Assembly (NCBI GenBank): GCA_964602595.1
Contig: CAZRRO010000003.1
Coordinates: 413,438 to 477,437 of the forward strand
Source of the DNA: an uncultured Verrucomicrobiota bacterium
Lineage (GTDB): Bacteria > Verrucomicrobiota > Verrucomicrobiia > Limisphaerales > UBA9464
Direction of reading: 5' to 3'
Length of the DNA stretch: 64,000 bases
The translations under genes were made by a program, and so were the position numbers. The notes under the pieces are model-generated. The model worked only from the letters and a program-made list of their open reading frames with translations, was not told the origin of the DNA and did no database searches. Positions 35,401 through 44,225 of this stretch are shown one piece after another; position 1 is the first letter of the stretch, and every line of letters starts with the position of its first letter.

Positions 35401-38400
35401 AACGAACTGGGCAACCGGGTGACCAACGTCATCCACATCGTGGTCGCGGACGTGACCTTTTCGACCGGCGGGGCGTGGGGCCGCTGGTCCGATGGCGGCG
35501 GCTCCAGCCTGGAGCTGACCGACGCGGACGCCGATCCGCTGCGGGCGGCCAACTGGGCGGATTCCGACGAAACCCAGAAAGCCCAGTGGAGCGAAGTCAG
35601 CTTCACCGGCCGGCTCGACAACGGCGACGGCGGGCAAACTGCGGACCGCCTCTTCCTCGGCCTGCTCAATGACGGCGAATGTCTCGTCGACAACGTTGAA
35701 GTGGTGCAGGGCGCCGGGGCCAATTTGGTCAGTAACCCCGGCTTCGAGACCGGTGCCACCGGCTGGAGCTTTTTCGGCAACCACGTGCTAACCGGCGTCG
35801 ATTCCGCCGGCGCCTTTGCCGGCACGCGTTGCCTGCATGTCCGTGCCGGCGGCGGCCTCGACACCGGTCCGAACTCGATCCGCACCGCCCTCAGTTCCGC
35901 CGTCGCCAACAACTCGACCGCCACCTTCCGGGCGCGAGTGCGGTGGTTGCGCGGCTGGCCGGAACTGCTGTTCCGGCTCAAGGGCAATTACCTGGACTTC
36001 GCCGCCGCGCTGCCCGTGCCCGCCAACCTGGGCACGCCCGGCCAGGCCAACAGCCGCGCCGTGGCCAACGCCGGTCCGGCGATCTATGACGTCACCCACA
36101 CCCCGGCCGTTCCACGCAACAACGAGGCGGTGCTGGTCACCGCCCGGGTCGCCGATCCGGACGGCATCACGACACTGAACCTGCGCCTGCGTCTGGACCC
36201 GGCAACGTCCCTGACCACGACGGCCATGCGCGACGATGGCACCGCCGGCGACGTTTTGGCCGGCGACGGCATCTACACGGCCCGGATCACCGGGCGTTCC
36301 GCGGGGACGCTGGCGGCGTTCCGGATCGAAGCCGCAGATGGGTTGGGCGCAACCGCCGTGTTCCCCGCCCGGGCGCCGACGGAGGAGGCGCTGATCCGCT
36401 GGGGCGATGAAATTCCGTTCGGCACCTTCCCGCACGCCCACCTCTGGTCCACCCAGGCCAACCAAGGACCGGCCGACGGCAACGGGCTGAACAATTTCTC
36501 GCGGCCCTGCACCATCGTTTACGGCAACCGCCGCGTGATCTACGGCGCCGTCTTTCGCGACAAGGGCAGCCCGTTCCACGGCGGCCGCGGTGACCTGACC
36601 GCTGTGACGCCGGACGACGACCTGCTGCACGGCGTGGGCGAGCGCCTGTTCTCCCAGACCGGCAACGGCGGCAGCGAGGACACCGGACTGCGTGGCCGGC
36701 TGGCCTATTGGCTGGGACAGCAACTGGAGATCCCCGCGCTGAATGGCAATCCGCTGCACTTCTTCTTCAACGGCGGCCGTTACGCGAACATCGTCGAGGA
36801 CTTGGAGGAGCCGGATCATCGTTACGCCGAGCAGCATTATCCCGACGGCGGCGCAGGTGATCTCTACAAGATCTCAATCTGGTTTGAGTTCGACGACGGC
36901 AATGGCGGCTTCAATGCGATTCAGTCCACGCTCGAACGATTCCTGACGACCGGCAGCCAGTTGAAGCTGGCCCGCTACCGTTGGAACTGGGAGCGGCGCG
37001 CCCAGCAGGTCCCAGAAAGTGACTACACGACCATCTTCGACCTGGTGAACGCGGCCAACAACACCGCCACCGGCGACGCCTATGTGCAGCGGATGCTGGC
37101 CCATGGCGACGTGGACGAATGGATGCGGGTCTTCGCCTATAACCGGATCATGGGGAACTGGGATTCGTGGACGTTCAACGTCGGCCAGAACATGTATCTG
37201 TATCGCCAGCCCGGCCGGCCGGCCGTGATCATGCCGTGGGATCTCGACTTCATCTTCGGCCTCGGGGATGGCGCCTCCAGCGGCCTCTGGGGCGGGCAGG
37301 ATCCCATCGCCAATTCCAAGCTCTACGACAATCCGGCGCTCCGCCGTTTCCTCTGGCAGGCCTACATCGACGCGGTCAACGGCCCCATGCTGCCGGGCCG
37401 TTTCCAGCCGGTGATCGACGCCCTGCGGGCGGCCCAGTTGGCCAACAACATCCAGGGCCTGAACAGCACCGCGGGCATCACGACCTACATCAATGCCCGG
37501 CGCGCCAACATCCTCGGGCAGATCAATGCGGCCAATGTCGCCGCGCTGGCCATCACCTCGAACGGCGGCAACAACTTCACCTCCGCAACTGCCAACGCGA
37601 CCATCACCGGCAACGCTCCGTTGGCCGTCGCGAGCATCGCCGTCAATGGCGTCCGCTACCCCGTGGTCTGGACGGGCTTCACCACCTTCAGCGTTACGGT
37701 CCCCCTCACGCAGCAGGTCAATTCGCTCGTGCTGGTCGGGCTCGACCGGAAGGGTAATCCGCTCCCCGGGGTGACGGATTCCGTTACCGTCACCTACAAC
37801 GGCGCGGTGCCGCAGCCGCAGGACTTCGTGGTGCTCAACGAGGTCCACTACAACCCCGCGGTCCCGCAGACCTCCTTCATCGAGCTGCACAACCGCAATG
37901 CGACCACGCCGTTTGACCTCTCGGGCTTCGTCCTGGAAGGCGTCGGCTACACGTTCCCGGCCGGTTCCATCATCGCGCCCAACGGTTACCTGCTGCTCGT
38001 CGGTGACCGGGCGGCGTTCGCCGCCGCCTTCGGGGCCGGCGTGGTGGTGTTCGACCAGTTCAGCGGTCGTCTCGACAATGACGGCGAAACCCTCCGCCTC
38101 GTGCGGCCCGGGGCGACGCCGGAACTCGACCAACGGATCACCGACGTCCGTTACCTCGACCACGCGCCGTGGCCTGTCGAACCGGATGGCGGAGGCTCGT
38201 CCCTCCAGCTCATCGATCCGGCCCAGGACACCTGGCGGGTGGCCAACTGGGGCGCCATGCCGACGAATGCCGCCAATCGCTTCACGCCCGGCGCGGCCAA
38301 CGCGAACCGCGCCACCTTGGCCGCGTTCCCGGCTGTGTGGCTGAACGAGGTGCTGCCCAACAGCGTGGACGGCGGCCTAGACAACGCCGGCGACCGCGAG

Positions 38401-41400
38401 CCCTTCGTTGAGCTCTACAACTCGGGCCCGACCGCGGTCGATCTCTCGGCGTTTTTCCTGACCGACACCTATGGCAACCTGACCAAGTGGCCGTTCCCCG
38501 CCGGAACGACAATTGCCGCGGGCGGTTTCCTGACCGTGTGGGCCGACGGGGAGACGGCGGAATCCACCGTCGCCGCGCCGCATGCCAACTTCCGGCTGAA
38601 TCCGACCAACGGCTCCGTCGCCCTCGTGCGGTTGCAGGGTGCGGCCAACGCGCCCGCCGTGCTGGACTTTGCGGACTACGCGAACCAGTTCCCCAACCGC
38701 AGCGTCGGCCTGATTCCCGACGGCGACGTGCGCAGCCGGCGGCAGGTCTATTTCCCGACCGCCGGCGCGTCCAACAATCCCGCCGTGCCGTCCGTCAACG
38801 TCGTAATCAACGAGTTCATGGCGCAGAACACGGCCACCCTCACCGATCCCGCGGACGGCGACTTCGACGACTGGATTGAACTCCACAATGCCGGTTCCAC
38901 GACGGTGGACCTTACCGGCTTCTTCCTGACGGATAGCCTGACCAACAAGACCATGTTCGCGATCCCGGCGGGTTATCCGATCCCGGCCGGCGGTTTCCTG
39001 CTGGTCTGGGCCGACGGTGAGACCGGACAGAATCGCGCCACGAACGTCCACCTCCACGCGAGTTTCTCGCTCGCTCGTGCCGGGGAGCAGATCGGCCTCT
39101 ATTCACCGACCGGCCAACTGATTGACGGCCTGACGTTTGGCAACCAGACGAACAACGTCTCGCTTGGCCGATATCCGGACGCGTCGGAGAATCCGTTGGT
39201 CTTCTTCGAGGAACCGAGCCCGGGTTCGGCCAACTTCATCCCCGGCGGCAATCTCCCGCCGGTCGTCACGCCGTTGGCGGACCGAAGCGCGCCGGAAGGC
39301 GTCCTGTTCAGCCTGACCGTCGCCGCCAGCGACCCGGACGCGGGACAGACGCTCAAGTTCAGCCTGGGCGCCGATGCGCCGACGGGGGCCGCGATCAATG
39401 AATCCACCGGCCTGCTGACTTGGACGCCGACCGAAGCCCAAGGGCCTGGCAACTACCTGTTCACCGTCCGCGCCACCGACAACGGCACGCCGCCTCGCAC
39501 CGGCGTGGGCCGCCTCAACCTCACCGTGACCGAGGCCAACCTTGCGCCGGTGATCGGTGTCTTGGCCGACCAGGCGGTGGATGAGGGCGCCCAGTTGGCA
39601 TTCACGCTGCCGGCGACCGATCCCGACCTGCCGGCCAACAAACTGGCCTACGCGCTGGAGCCGGGTTCACCGGTTGGTGCCACCATCGACCCGGCGACCG
39701 GCGAGTTCGCGTGGACTCCGACCGAGGACCAGGGTCCGCGGGTGTTCGACGTGACCTTCCGCGTCACCGACAACGGTTCGCCGGCGCAGAGCGTGACCAA
39801 GACCATCAAGGTGACGGTGAACGAGGTGAACAATCCGCCGCTGCTCACCCAACCGGCCCCGCAGTCGGTGGACGAAGGGGCGACCCTCTCGCTGACGCTG
39901 GCCGGCGCCGACCCCGAGGGGGCTCCGGTGCGCTACAGCCTGTCGGGCAACATCCCGGCCGGGCTCGCGCTCGACGAAACCACCGGCCTGCTGACGTGGA
40001 CTCCGACCGAGGCGCAGGGACCGGGCAGCTATCCGCTGGTGGTCAAGGTGACGGAGCAGACGGCCCAGCAATTGTCCTCCCAGCGCACCTTCTCCATCAC
40101 CGTCAACGAGGCCAACCAGGCCCCTATGCTGCAAGCCCTCGGCGACTTCACGGTCAGCGAGGGCAACCGGGTCGCCTTCGTCGCCACTGCCACGGACGCC
40201 GACCTGCCGGCCCAGACGCTGACCTACGCGCTGGTTGGCGACGTTCCCACCGGCGCCACGATCGACGCCAACACGGGGGCCTTTGCCTGGACCACCGACG
40301 ACGATGCCGGCGTGGCGACCAACGTCATCAGCGTGCGCGTCTCGGACAACGGGCCCGGCAATCGGTCCGACACGAAGACGTTTACCGTCCTTATCCGGCC
40401 CCGCTTCAAGGTCGCGATCAACGAGATCATGTATCGGCCGCTGACCAACAACGCGGAATACATCGAGATCGCCAACGCCTCGGCCCGGACGCCTTGGGAC
40501 ATCTCCGGTTATCGCCTCGAAGGCGACGAACTCGCCTTTACCTTCCCGGCGAACACCGTGCTCGCCCCCGGCCAGCATCTCTGCGTGGTGCGGAACCTCG
40601 CGGTGTTCCGGGCGACCTACGGGGCCGCACTGCCGGTGGCCGGCGTGTGGACCGGCATCCTTGGGAACACCGGCGACCGGCTCCAACTGTTCCCCGGGGA
40701 TCCCGTAGCTAACCCGGTCGCGCAGGTGCAGTTCCGCGCCACGTTGCCATGGCCGACCGCTGCGGCGGCGGGCGCCGCGCTCCAGTTGGTCGACGGCCGC
40801 CGGGACAACTTCCGCGTGGGCAACTGGGCGGCGGCCCCGGCCTACAACGGCCCGCGCCGGCTCGCGGTCCTGACCAACCAGTGGCGTTATTTCCAGGCGG
40901 GCGCCCCGGATCCGGCGTGGAAGGAGAACACGTTCAACGACGGCGCGTGGTCGGTCGGCCGTGGCCTGTTCTACGTCGAGACGGCCGAGCTGCCGGCGCC
41001 AAAGACGACCCCGCTGACCTTGGGACAGTCGGGTTACTACTTCCGCACCAAGTTCACCCTGCCGTTTGTGCCTGCCGGGGCGACGCTCCAGCTGAACTAT
41101 GTCGTCGACGACGGCGCGGTGTTCTATCTCAACGGCCGCGAGCTCCATCGGTTCGGCTTCGATGCGGGGGTGGTCGTGCAGCATGACACGCCCTGCACGC
41201 TGGTGGCCGACGCCGTTCTGACCGGACCGATCACTTTGCCGGCGGAACTGCTTCAGGCCGGGGAAAACGTCCTCGCCGTCGAGGCCCATCAGGCCAACGT
41301 GGGCAGCTCCGACATCGTCTTTGGCGCCAGCCTCACCCTGGAAGGCGGCTCGGTTCCGGGCCAAACGCCGGGCGCAACCAACAATGTCGGCGCCAGCCTG

Positions 41401-42945
41401 GCCGCCTATCCGGCGCTCTACCTGAACGAGATCCTGCCCAACAACACCGCTGGCCTTGCGGACAGCAAAGGTGAGCGCGAGCCCTGGGTGGAACTGCACA
41501 ACGCCGGACCGGACGCGGCGGACCTCTCCGGCTGGGGCCTGACCGACAGCTACACCAGCCTCGCCAAGTGGACGTTCCCGGCCGGCACAGTTCTCGGGGC
41601 CGACCAGTTCCTCGTGATCTTCCTCGACGGGGAGACCGGCGATGCGACCGCAAACGAACTGCACGCCAGCTTCCGTGTCCCCGCCGCGAATGGCTCCGTG
41701 GCGCTTGTCCGGCCGCAGGGCGCCGCGCTGGCGGTCGTGGATTACGTGGACTACGCCACGGTGGCGGCCAACGCCTCGTTGGCCTCGCTGCCCGACGGCC
41801 AGCCGTTTGACCGCGAAATCACCACCTCTCCCACCCCGGGTGCCTACAACAATGGCACCCCGCCGAATCGCCCGCCGGTGCTCGTGCCGATAGCGGCGCA
41901 AGGCGGACCGGAAGGCGTCGAACTGACCTTCACCGCGACGGCCAATGATCCGGACGCAGGCCAGGCGCTGTCCTTCTCGCTGGAAGGCGTGGTGCCGACC
42001 GGCGCGACGTTGACCGCCGCGGGCTTGTTTACCTGGACTCCGACCGAGGTGCAGGGACCCGGCAGCTATCCGGTCACCGTGGTGGTCACGGACAACGGCA
42101 GCCCGGCGCTGAGCGCGCGGCAGACGGTGCAATTCACCATCACCGAAACCAACGCCGCCCCGATCTTGGGAGTTACCGCGGACAAGGTATTGGCCGAAGG
42201 CCAGCCGTTGAATGCCCGGTTCACCGCGACGGATTCCGACCTCCCGGTCAATACGATGACGTATGCCCTCGTGACCGCGCCGGACGGCATGACCATCAAT
42301 CCGGTGACGGGCGAAGTGAAGTGGACCCCGGGCGAAGCCCAGGGACCGGCCGCCTACACGATCACCGCGCGGGTCACCGACAACGGCTCACCGGCCGCAA
42401 GTGTCGACCGTTCGTTTGAGCTGACGGTCACGGAGGCGAACGTCGCCCCCACCCTCGCCGGTCCGGCCTCGGCGACCATTCCGCCGCTCCAGCCATGGGT
42501 AGGCCAGTTCACTGGAGCCGACTTGGACCTACCGGCGAACGTCCTGACCTACGTCCTGGTGAACTCGCCCGGCGGCATGACCATCAATGCGGCGACCGGC
42601 GAGGTAAAGTGGACGCCGCAGGCAATCCAGAGCCCCGGCACCTATCCCATTACGGTGCGGGTCTCCGACGGGGCAACCCCGCCGGGCACCGCGGAACACA
42701 GCCTGACGCTGACGGTCGCCGACCTTTCGTCGGCTCCTACCCCGGCTCCGGAGGTCCGCGCCGATGGCACAGTCGTGCTCCGCTGGAACACGGTGGTGGG
42801 CGTGACCTATCGCGTCGAGGTGGCGGACGGTCCTGCCGGTCCGTGGCAACCGCTTGCGACCGTGGTGGGTGACGGTCAGCCCAAGTCCGTCACCGATAAT
42901 CCCGGCGTCCGGACTGAACGCTACTACCGCAACATAATTCCCTGA
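32443..42945 (+). CDS. Giant secreted multidomain protein: PA14, Ig-like, jelly-roll domains, 8 lamin-tail domains (LTD), CotH kinase-like domain, 7 cadherin-like (He_PIG-type) repeats, shared C-terminal domain
   Basis: ORF from GTG 32419; the ATG at 32443 gives signal MKNCLLLPGVSRRLTRLVVLLAVAILLPVLAPAFG. PA14: GYI.PP.TG.YTFWISSDDEGALYLS...AGKAYYV.ALMKEGGGGDNL.V.W. LTD cores such as V.NE[IF]MY.P....EF[VI]EL.N occur 8 times. CotH: NRIMGNWDSWTFNVGQNMYLYR..G....MPWDLDFIFG. It ends RTERYYRNIIP. Confidence 0.85.
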   Translation: MKNCLLLPGVSRRLTRLVVLLAVAILLPVLAPAFGGSILREVFSGIGGSSLADLTNSPAFPNSPTSTNFVTDFFEAPTDVEEGYGQRMHGYIVPPTTGSYTFWISSDDEGALYLSTDENPIRSRLIANVPGWTGPRQWGNYAEQQSAPITLQAGKAYYVAALMKEGGGGDNLAVRWLRPGGIDEGPIPATYLLPWGTAFTVPSITQQPTNTTVVEGQLATFVIKVSNLDAVTFLWKRNGTALPASTSGVLEYGPVTLDDQGAQFGATVTNRIGATNSTLATLTVLPDTTKPTVVSAISLGADRIRLQFSEPMDAASASVTGNFRVNGGVNVTGAVLDSDPSAVLLTVAGMNFAQNYTVTISNVRDRARTSNTIVADSTVSFLALELTAQNIGGGTGGIQRIGPGAFDLTGQGRGVSGGNDQFQLSWERRTGDFDLQVRVTDLGISSAFLRAGLMVRPTLDTNSAFAAVFGSSAQLGVFFESRATAGANPSQQTVVGGYPANYPYQWLRLRRAGNVFTGFGSRDGVGWTQLGSATIALPAQTFVGLAVASQNAAVASTVKFREYSPTASTAVATFANDRESPTPSSRRTGLTLSEIMYRPKTVAGDTNNLEFVELFNAGAIFQEMTGWKLTGGIEYTFPAGFRIEAGQYIVVAADPAALQAARGLSGVLGPFSGSLNNAGDVVRLRDNIGAIKLEVEYSPDAPWPVAADGAGASLVLTSPSYGEASPQAWTASSLNGGSPGGPDPVINTPGDTVVINEFLAHTDDPQLDFIELFNRSNTPADLSGCYLTDDPATNKFRLPDGTTLAARGFLAFDQNQLGFRLGADGEAIYLVSSNGLRVLDAIRFGGQENGVASGRLPNGSATIRRLAAPTPGAANGEAFGEAVVLNEIMYNPISGLDDDEYVELHNRGAVAVSLAGWRFESGIDFRFPAGASLAPGGYVVVARSAARLLTNYPQLNAANTFGNFAGSLRNSGERIALSKPDDIISTNELGNRVTNVIHIVVADVTFSTGGAWGRWSDGGGSSLELTDADADPLRAANWADSDETQKAQWSEVSFTGRLDNGDGGQTADRLFLGLLNDGECLVDNVEVVQGAGANLVSNPGFETGATGWSFFGNHVLTGVDSAGAFAGTRCLHVRAGGGLDTGPNSIRTALSSAVANNSTATFRARVRWLRGWPELLFRLKGNYLDFAAALPVPANLGTPGQANSRAVANAGPAIYDVTHTPAVPRNNEAVLVTARVADPDGITTLNLRLRLDPATSLTTTAMRDDGTAGDVLAGDGIYTARITGRSAGTLAAFRIEAADGLGATAVFPARAPTEEALIRWGDEIPFGTFPHAHLWSTQANQGPADGNGLNNFSRPCTIVYGNRRVIYGAVFRDKGSPFHGGRGDLTAVTPDDDLLHGVGERLFSQTGNGGSEDTGLRGRLAYWLGQQLEIPALNGNPLHFFFNGGRYANIVEDLEEPDHRYAEQHYPDGGAGDLYKISIWFEFDDGNGGFNAIQSTLERFLTTGSQLKLARYRWNWERRAQQVPESDYTTIFDLVNAANNTATGDAYVQRMLAHGDVDEWMRVFAYNRIMGNWDSWTFNVGQNMYLYRQPGRPAVIMPWDLDFIFGLGDGASSGLWGGQDPIANSKLYDNPALRRFLWQAYIDAVNGPMLPGRFQPVIDALRAAQLANNIQGLNSTAGITTYINARRANILGQINAANVAALAITSNGGNNFTSATANATITGNAPLAVASIAVNGVRYPVVWTGFTTFSVTVPLTQQVNSLVLVGLDRKGNPLPGVTDSVTVTYNGAVPQPQDFVVLNEVHYNPAVPQTSFIELHNRNATTPFDLSGFVLEGVGYTFPAGSIIAPNGYLLLVGDRAAFAAAFGAGVVVFDQFSGRLDNDGETLRLVRPGATPELDQRITDVRYLDHAPWPVEPDGGGSSLQLIDPAQDTWRVANWGAMPTNAANRFTPGAANANRATLAAFPAVWLNEVLPNSVDGGLDNAGDREPFVELYNSGPTAVDLSAFFLTDTYGNLTKWPFPAGTTIAAGGFLTVWADGETAESTVAAPHANFRLNPTNGSVALVRLQGAANAPAVLDFADYANQFPNRSVGLIPDGDVRSRRQVYFPTAGASNNPAVPSVNVVINEFMAQNTATLTDPADGDFDDWIELHNAGSTTVDLTGFFLTDSLTNKTMFAIPAGYPIPAGGFLLVWADGETGQNRATNVHLHASFSLARAGEQIGLYSPTGQLIDGLTFGNQTNNVSLGRYPDASENPLVFFEEPSPGSANFIPGGNLPPVVTPLADRSAPEGVLFSLTVAASDPDAGQTLKFSLGADAPTGAAINESTGLLTWTPTEAQGPGNYLFTVRATDNGTPPRTGVGRLNLTVTEANLAPVIGVLADQAVDEGAQLAFTLPATDPDLPANKLAYALEPGSPVGATIDPATGEFAWTPTEDQGPRVFDVTFRVTDNGSPAQSVTKTIKVTVNEVNNPPLLTQPAPQSVDEGATLSLTLAGADPEGAPVRYSLSGNIPAGLALDETTGLLTWTPTEAQGPGSYPLVVKVTEQTAQQLSSQRTFSITVNEANQAPMLQALGDFTVSEGNRVAFVATATDADLPAQTLTYALVGDVPTGATIDANTGAFAWTTDDDAGVATNVISVRVSDNGPGNRSDTKTFTVLIRPRFKVAINEIMYRPLTNNAEYIEIANASARTPWDISGYRLEGDELAFTFPANTVLAPGQHLCVVRNLAVFRATYGAALPVAGVWTGILGNTGDRLQLFPGDPVANPVAQVQFRATLPWPTAAAAGAALQLVDGRRDNFRVGNWAAAPAYNGPRRLAVLTNQWRYFQAGAPDPAWKENTFNDGAWSVGRGLFYVETAELPAPKTTPLTLGQSGYYFRTKFTLPFVPAGATLQLNYVVDDGAVFYLNGRELHRFGFDAGVVVQHDTPCTLVADAVLTGPITLPAELLQAGENVLAVEAHQANVGSSDIVFGASLTLEGGSVPGQTPGATNNVGASLAAYPALYLNEILPNNTAGLADSKGEREPWVELHNAGPDAADLSGWGLTDSYTSLAKWTFPAGTVLGADQFLVIFLDGETGDATANELHASFRVPAANGSVALVRPQGAALAVVDYVDYATVAANASLASLPDGQPFDREITTSPTPGAYNNGTPPNRPPVLVPIAAQGGPEGVELTFTATANDPDAGQALSFSLEGVVPTGATLTAAGLFTWTPTEVQGPGSYPVTVVVTDNGSPALSARQTVQFTITETNAAPILGVTADKVLAEGQPLNARFTATDSDLPVNTMTYALVTAPDGMTINPVTGEVKWTPGEAQGPAAYTITARVTDNGSPAASVDRSFELTVTEANVAPTLAGPASATIPPLQPWVGQFTGADLDLPANVLTYVLVNSPGGMTINAATGEVKWTPQAIQSPGTYPITVRVSDGATPPGTAEHSLTLTVADLSSAPTPAPEVRADGTVVLRWNTVVGVTYRVEVADGPAGPWQPLATVVGDGQPKSVTDNPGVRTERYYRNIIP
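39250..40401 (+). repeat. Four tandem ~96-codon cadherin-like/He_PIG-type coding repeats
   Basis: N.[AP]P.........EG..L.F...A.D.D...L.Y.L....P.GA.ID..TG...WTPTE.QGP......V.V.DNG.P.......T..V.E. 1152 nt = 4 x 96 codons, in frame with the giant ORF. Confidence 0.8.
41866..42723 (+). repeat. Three further tandem ~95-codon cadherin-like/He_PIG-type coding repeats
   Basis: Same consensus as 39250-40401 (NRPPVLVPI..., NAAPILGVT..., NVAPTLAGP...). 858 nt. Confidence 0.8.
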
Positions 42946-42965
42946 GCGGGAACGAGGCAGCTAGG

Positions 42966-42988
42966 GCGCGGACGTTTGCCGTCCGCGC
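42966..42988. terminator. GC hairpin between the convergent giant gene and the P450 gene (possible bidirectional terminator)
   Basis: gcgcggacg-tttgc-cgtccgcgc, a 9-bp perfect stem, 21 nt after the giant-gene stop and 43 nt after the P450 stop. Confidence 0.45.
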
Positions 42989-43030
42989 GGTGAACCTTGC
43001 CGCGGGCGGATCCGCATGCGGGTGCGTCGT

Positions 43031-44164
43031 TCAGCGAGCCACCAACCGCACCCGCAGCCGTTCGTAACCGACGACCCGCTGGTAACGGGCCTCGCGCTCG
43101 ACGTGCTCCTGCGCTTCGAGGACTTGGATGGCGGCCACCCGGCGGAGGCATTGCTGGAGCAGCGTGCGCACGAGGAGCCGCGCGTGGGCCGCGCCCAGGC
43201 ACAGGTGGGCGCCGAACCCGAAGGCCAGGTGAGGGTTCGGCTTCCGGTCGAGCCGGATTTCCGCCGGGGCGTCGAAGGCGGCTTCGTCCTGGTTGGCCGA
43301 GGCCCAGCAGAGCGACGCGCGCCCGCCGGCCGGCACCGTCGCGCCGTGCACGTCGGTCTCCGCCGGGCAGACCCGGCCGATGTGGGTGAGCGGCGAGATG
43401 ACGCGGAAGAATTCCTCAACCGCGTGGATGATCCGCGCCGGGTCCTGCCGGAGAAATTCCAGCGCCTCGGGATGGCCGGCGAGGTAGCCGAGCACGGACG
43501 AAATCGTGTGGATCACCGTGTCGCGCCCGCCGGCGAAGGTGAGGTTGCCGAAGCCCATCATCTCCTCACGCGTCAGCGGCCGGCCGCGGAATGTGGCCCG
43601 CGTCAGCGCGCTGAAGAAGTCCTCGCCCGGCGCGGCGACCGCGCGGTCGAAACGCTCGTGGAGGTAGGTCTCCAGCGCGGAACCCTTCGAGCCGCCGTCC
43701 CGGAAGACGTGGGTGCCCCAACTGATCCACAGCTCGGCCTCCGACTCGGGCACGTTGAGCAGGTAGGCGAGGGCTCGTGACTGGATGGGCAGTGCAAATT
43801 CGCGGACGACCTCGATGGAATCGCGTCGGAGTGCCTCCTCCAGCAGGCCGACAATGAGGTTCTCCACCTGTGCGATGACCTGGGGATCCTTCGCTCGCTG
43901 GAAGAAGGGTTCGGCGATCTTCCGGTAGTCGGTGTGGTCGGGCGGGTCCGTCTCGACCGGCAACTGGCGCATGCTGCGGACGTTTTCCTCGGACGGGATC
44001 GGCACGCGGAACGGCGCGTCGGAGCTGAACGTCGCCCAGTCCTTCGCCGCTTTGCGCACGTCCTCGTGGCGGAGGATCATGGGCACTTCCTCGCCCTGGA
44101 ACGGACACTTGAGGACACCGTCGGCGGTGCGGGCTTCGCGGAAGGGATCGGAGACTTTGTCCAT
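43031..44164 (-). CDS. Cytochrome P450
   Basis: ATG 44164 (MDKVSDPF...). Haem-thiolate loop HLAFGFGAHLCLGAAHAR (FG.G.H.C.G); I-helix-like FAGGRDTV; EEFFR (ExxR). 377 aa. Confidence 0.85.
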   Translation of the reverse strand: MDKVSDPFREARTADGVLKCPFQGEEVPMILRHEDVRKAAKDWATFSSDAPFRVPIPSEENVRSMRQLPVETDPPDHTDYRKIAEPFFQRAKDPQVIAQVENLIVGLLEEALRRDSIEVVREFALPIQSRALAYLLNVPESEAELWISWGTHVFRDGGSKGSALETYLHERFDRAVAAPGEDFFSALTRATFRGRPLTREEMMGFGNLTFAGGRDTVIHTISSVLGYLAGHPEALEFLRQDPARIIHAVEEFFRVISPLTHIGRVCPAETDVHGATVPAGGRASLCWASANQDEAAFDAPAEIRLDRKPNPHLAFGFGAHLCLGAAHARLLVRTLLQQCLRRVAAIQVLEAQEHVEREARYQRVVGYERLRVRLVAR

Positions 44165-44225
44165 AGGCTTCGAGGTCACTGGACCGGGCCGCCGCGCAGC
44201 CGTCAAGAAGGCGACGCCGGGCGTT

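Noticed and set aside
39250-42723. Regular ~285-bp periodicity that could superficially suggest a repeat array or CRISPR
   Set aside because: The repeats are in-frame protein-domain repeats (96 codons), contiguous without unique spacers and far longer than CRISPR repeats. No cas genes are present.
32483-42849. Numerous ORFs overlapping the giant gene (for example 33853-34725, 35788-36837, 36874-38163, 38377-39057 and 39667-42132 with 821 aa, all on the minus strand, plus off-frame plus-strand ones)
   Set aside because: They are shadows of a 10.5-kb GC3-rich ORF whose own frame is validated by recognisable PA14, LTD, CotH and cadherin-like domains along its whole length.
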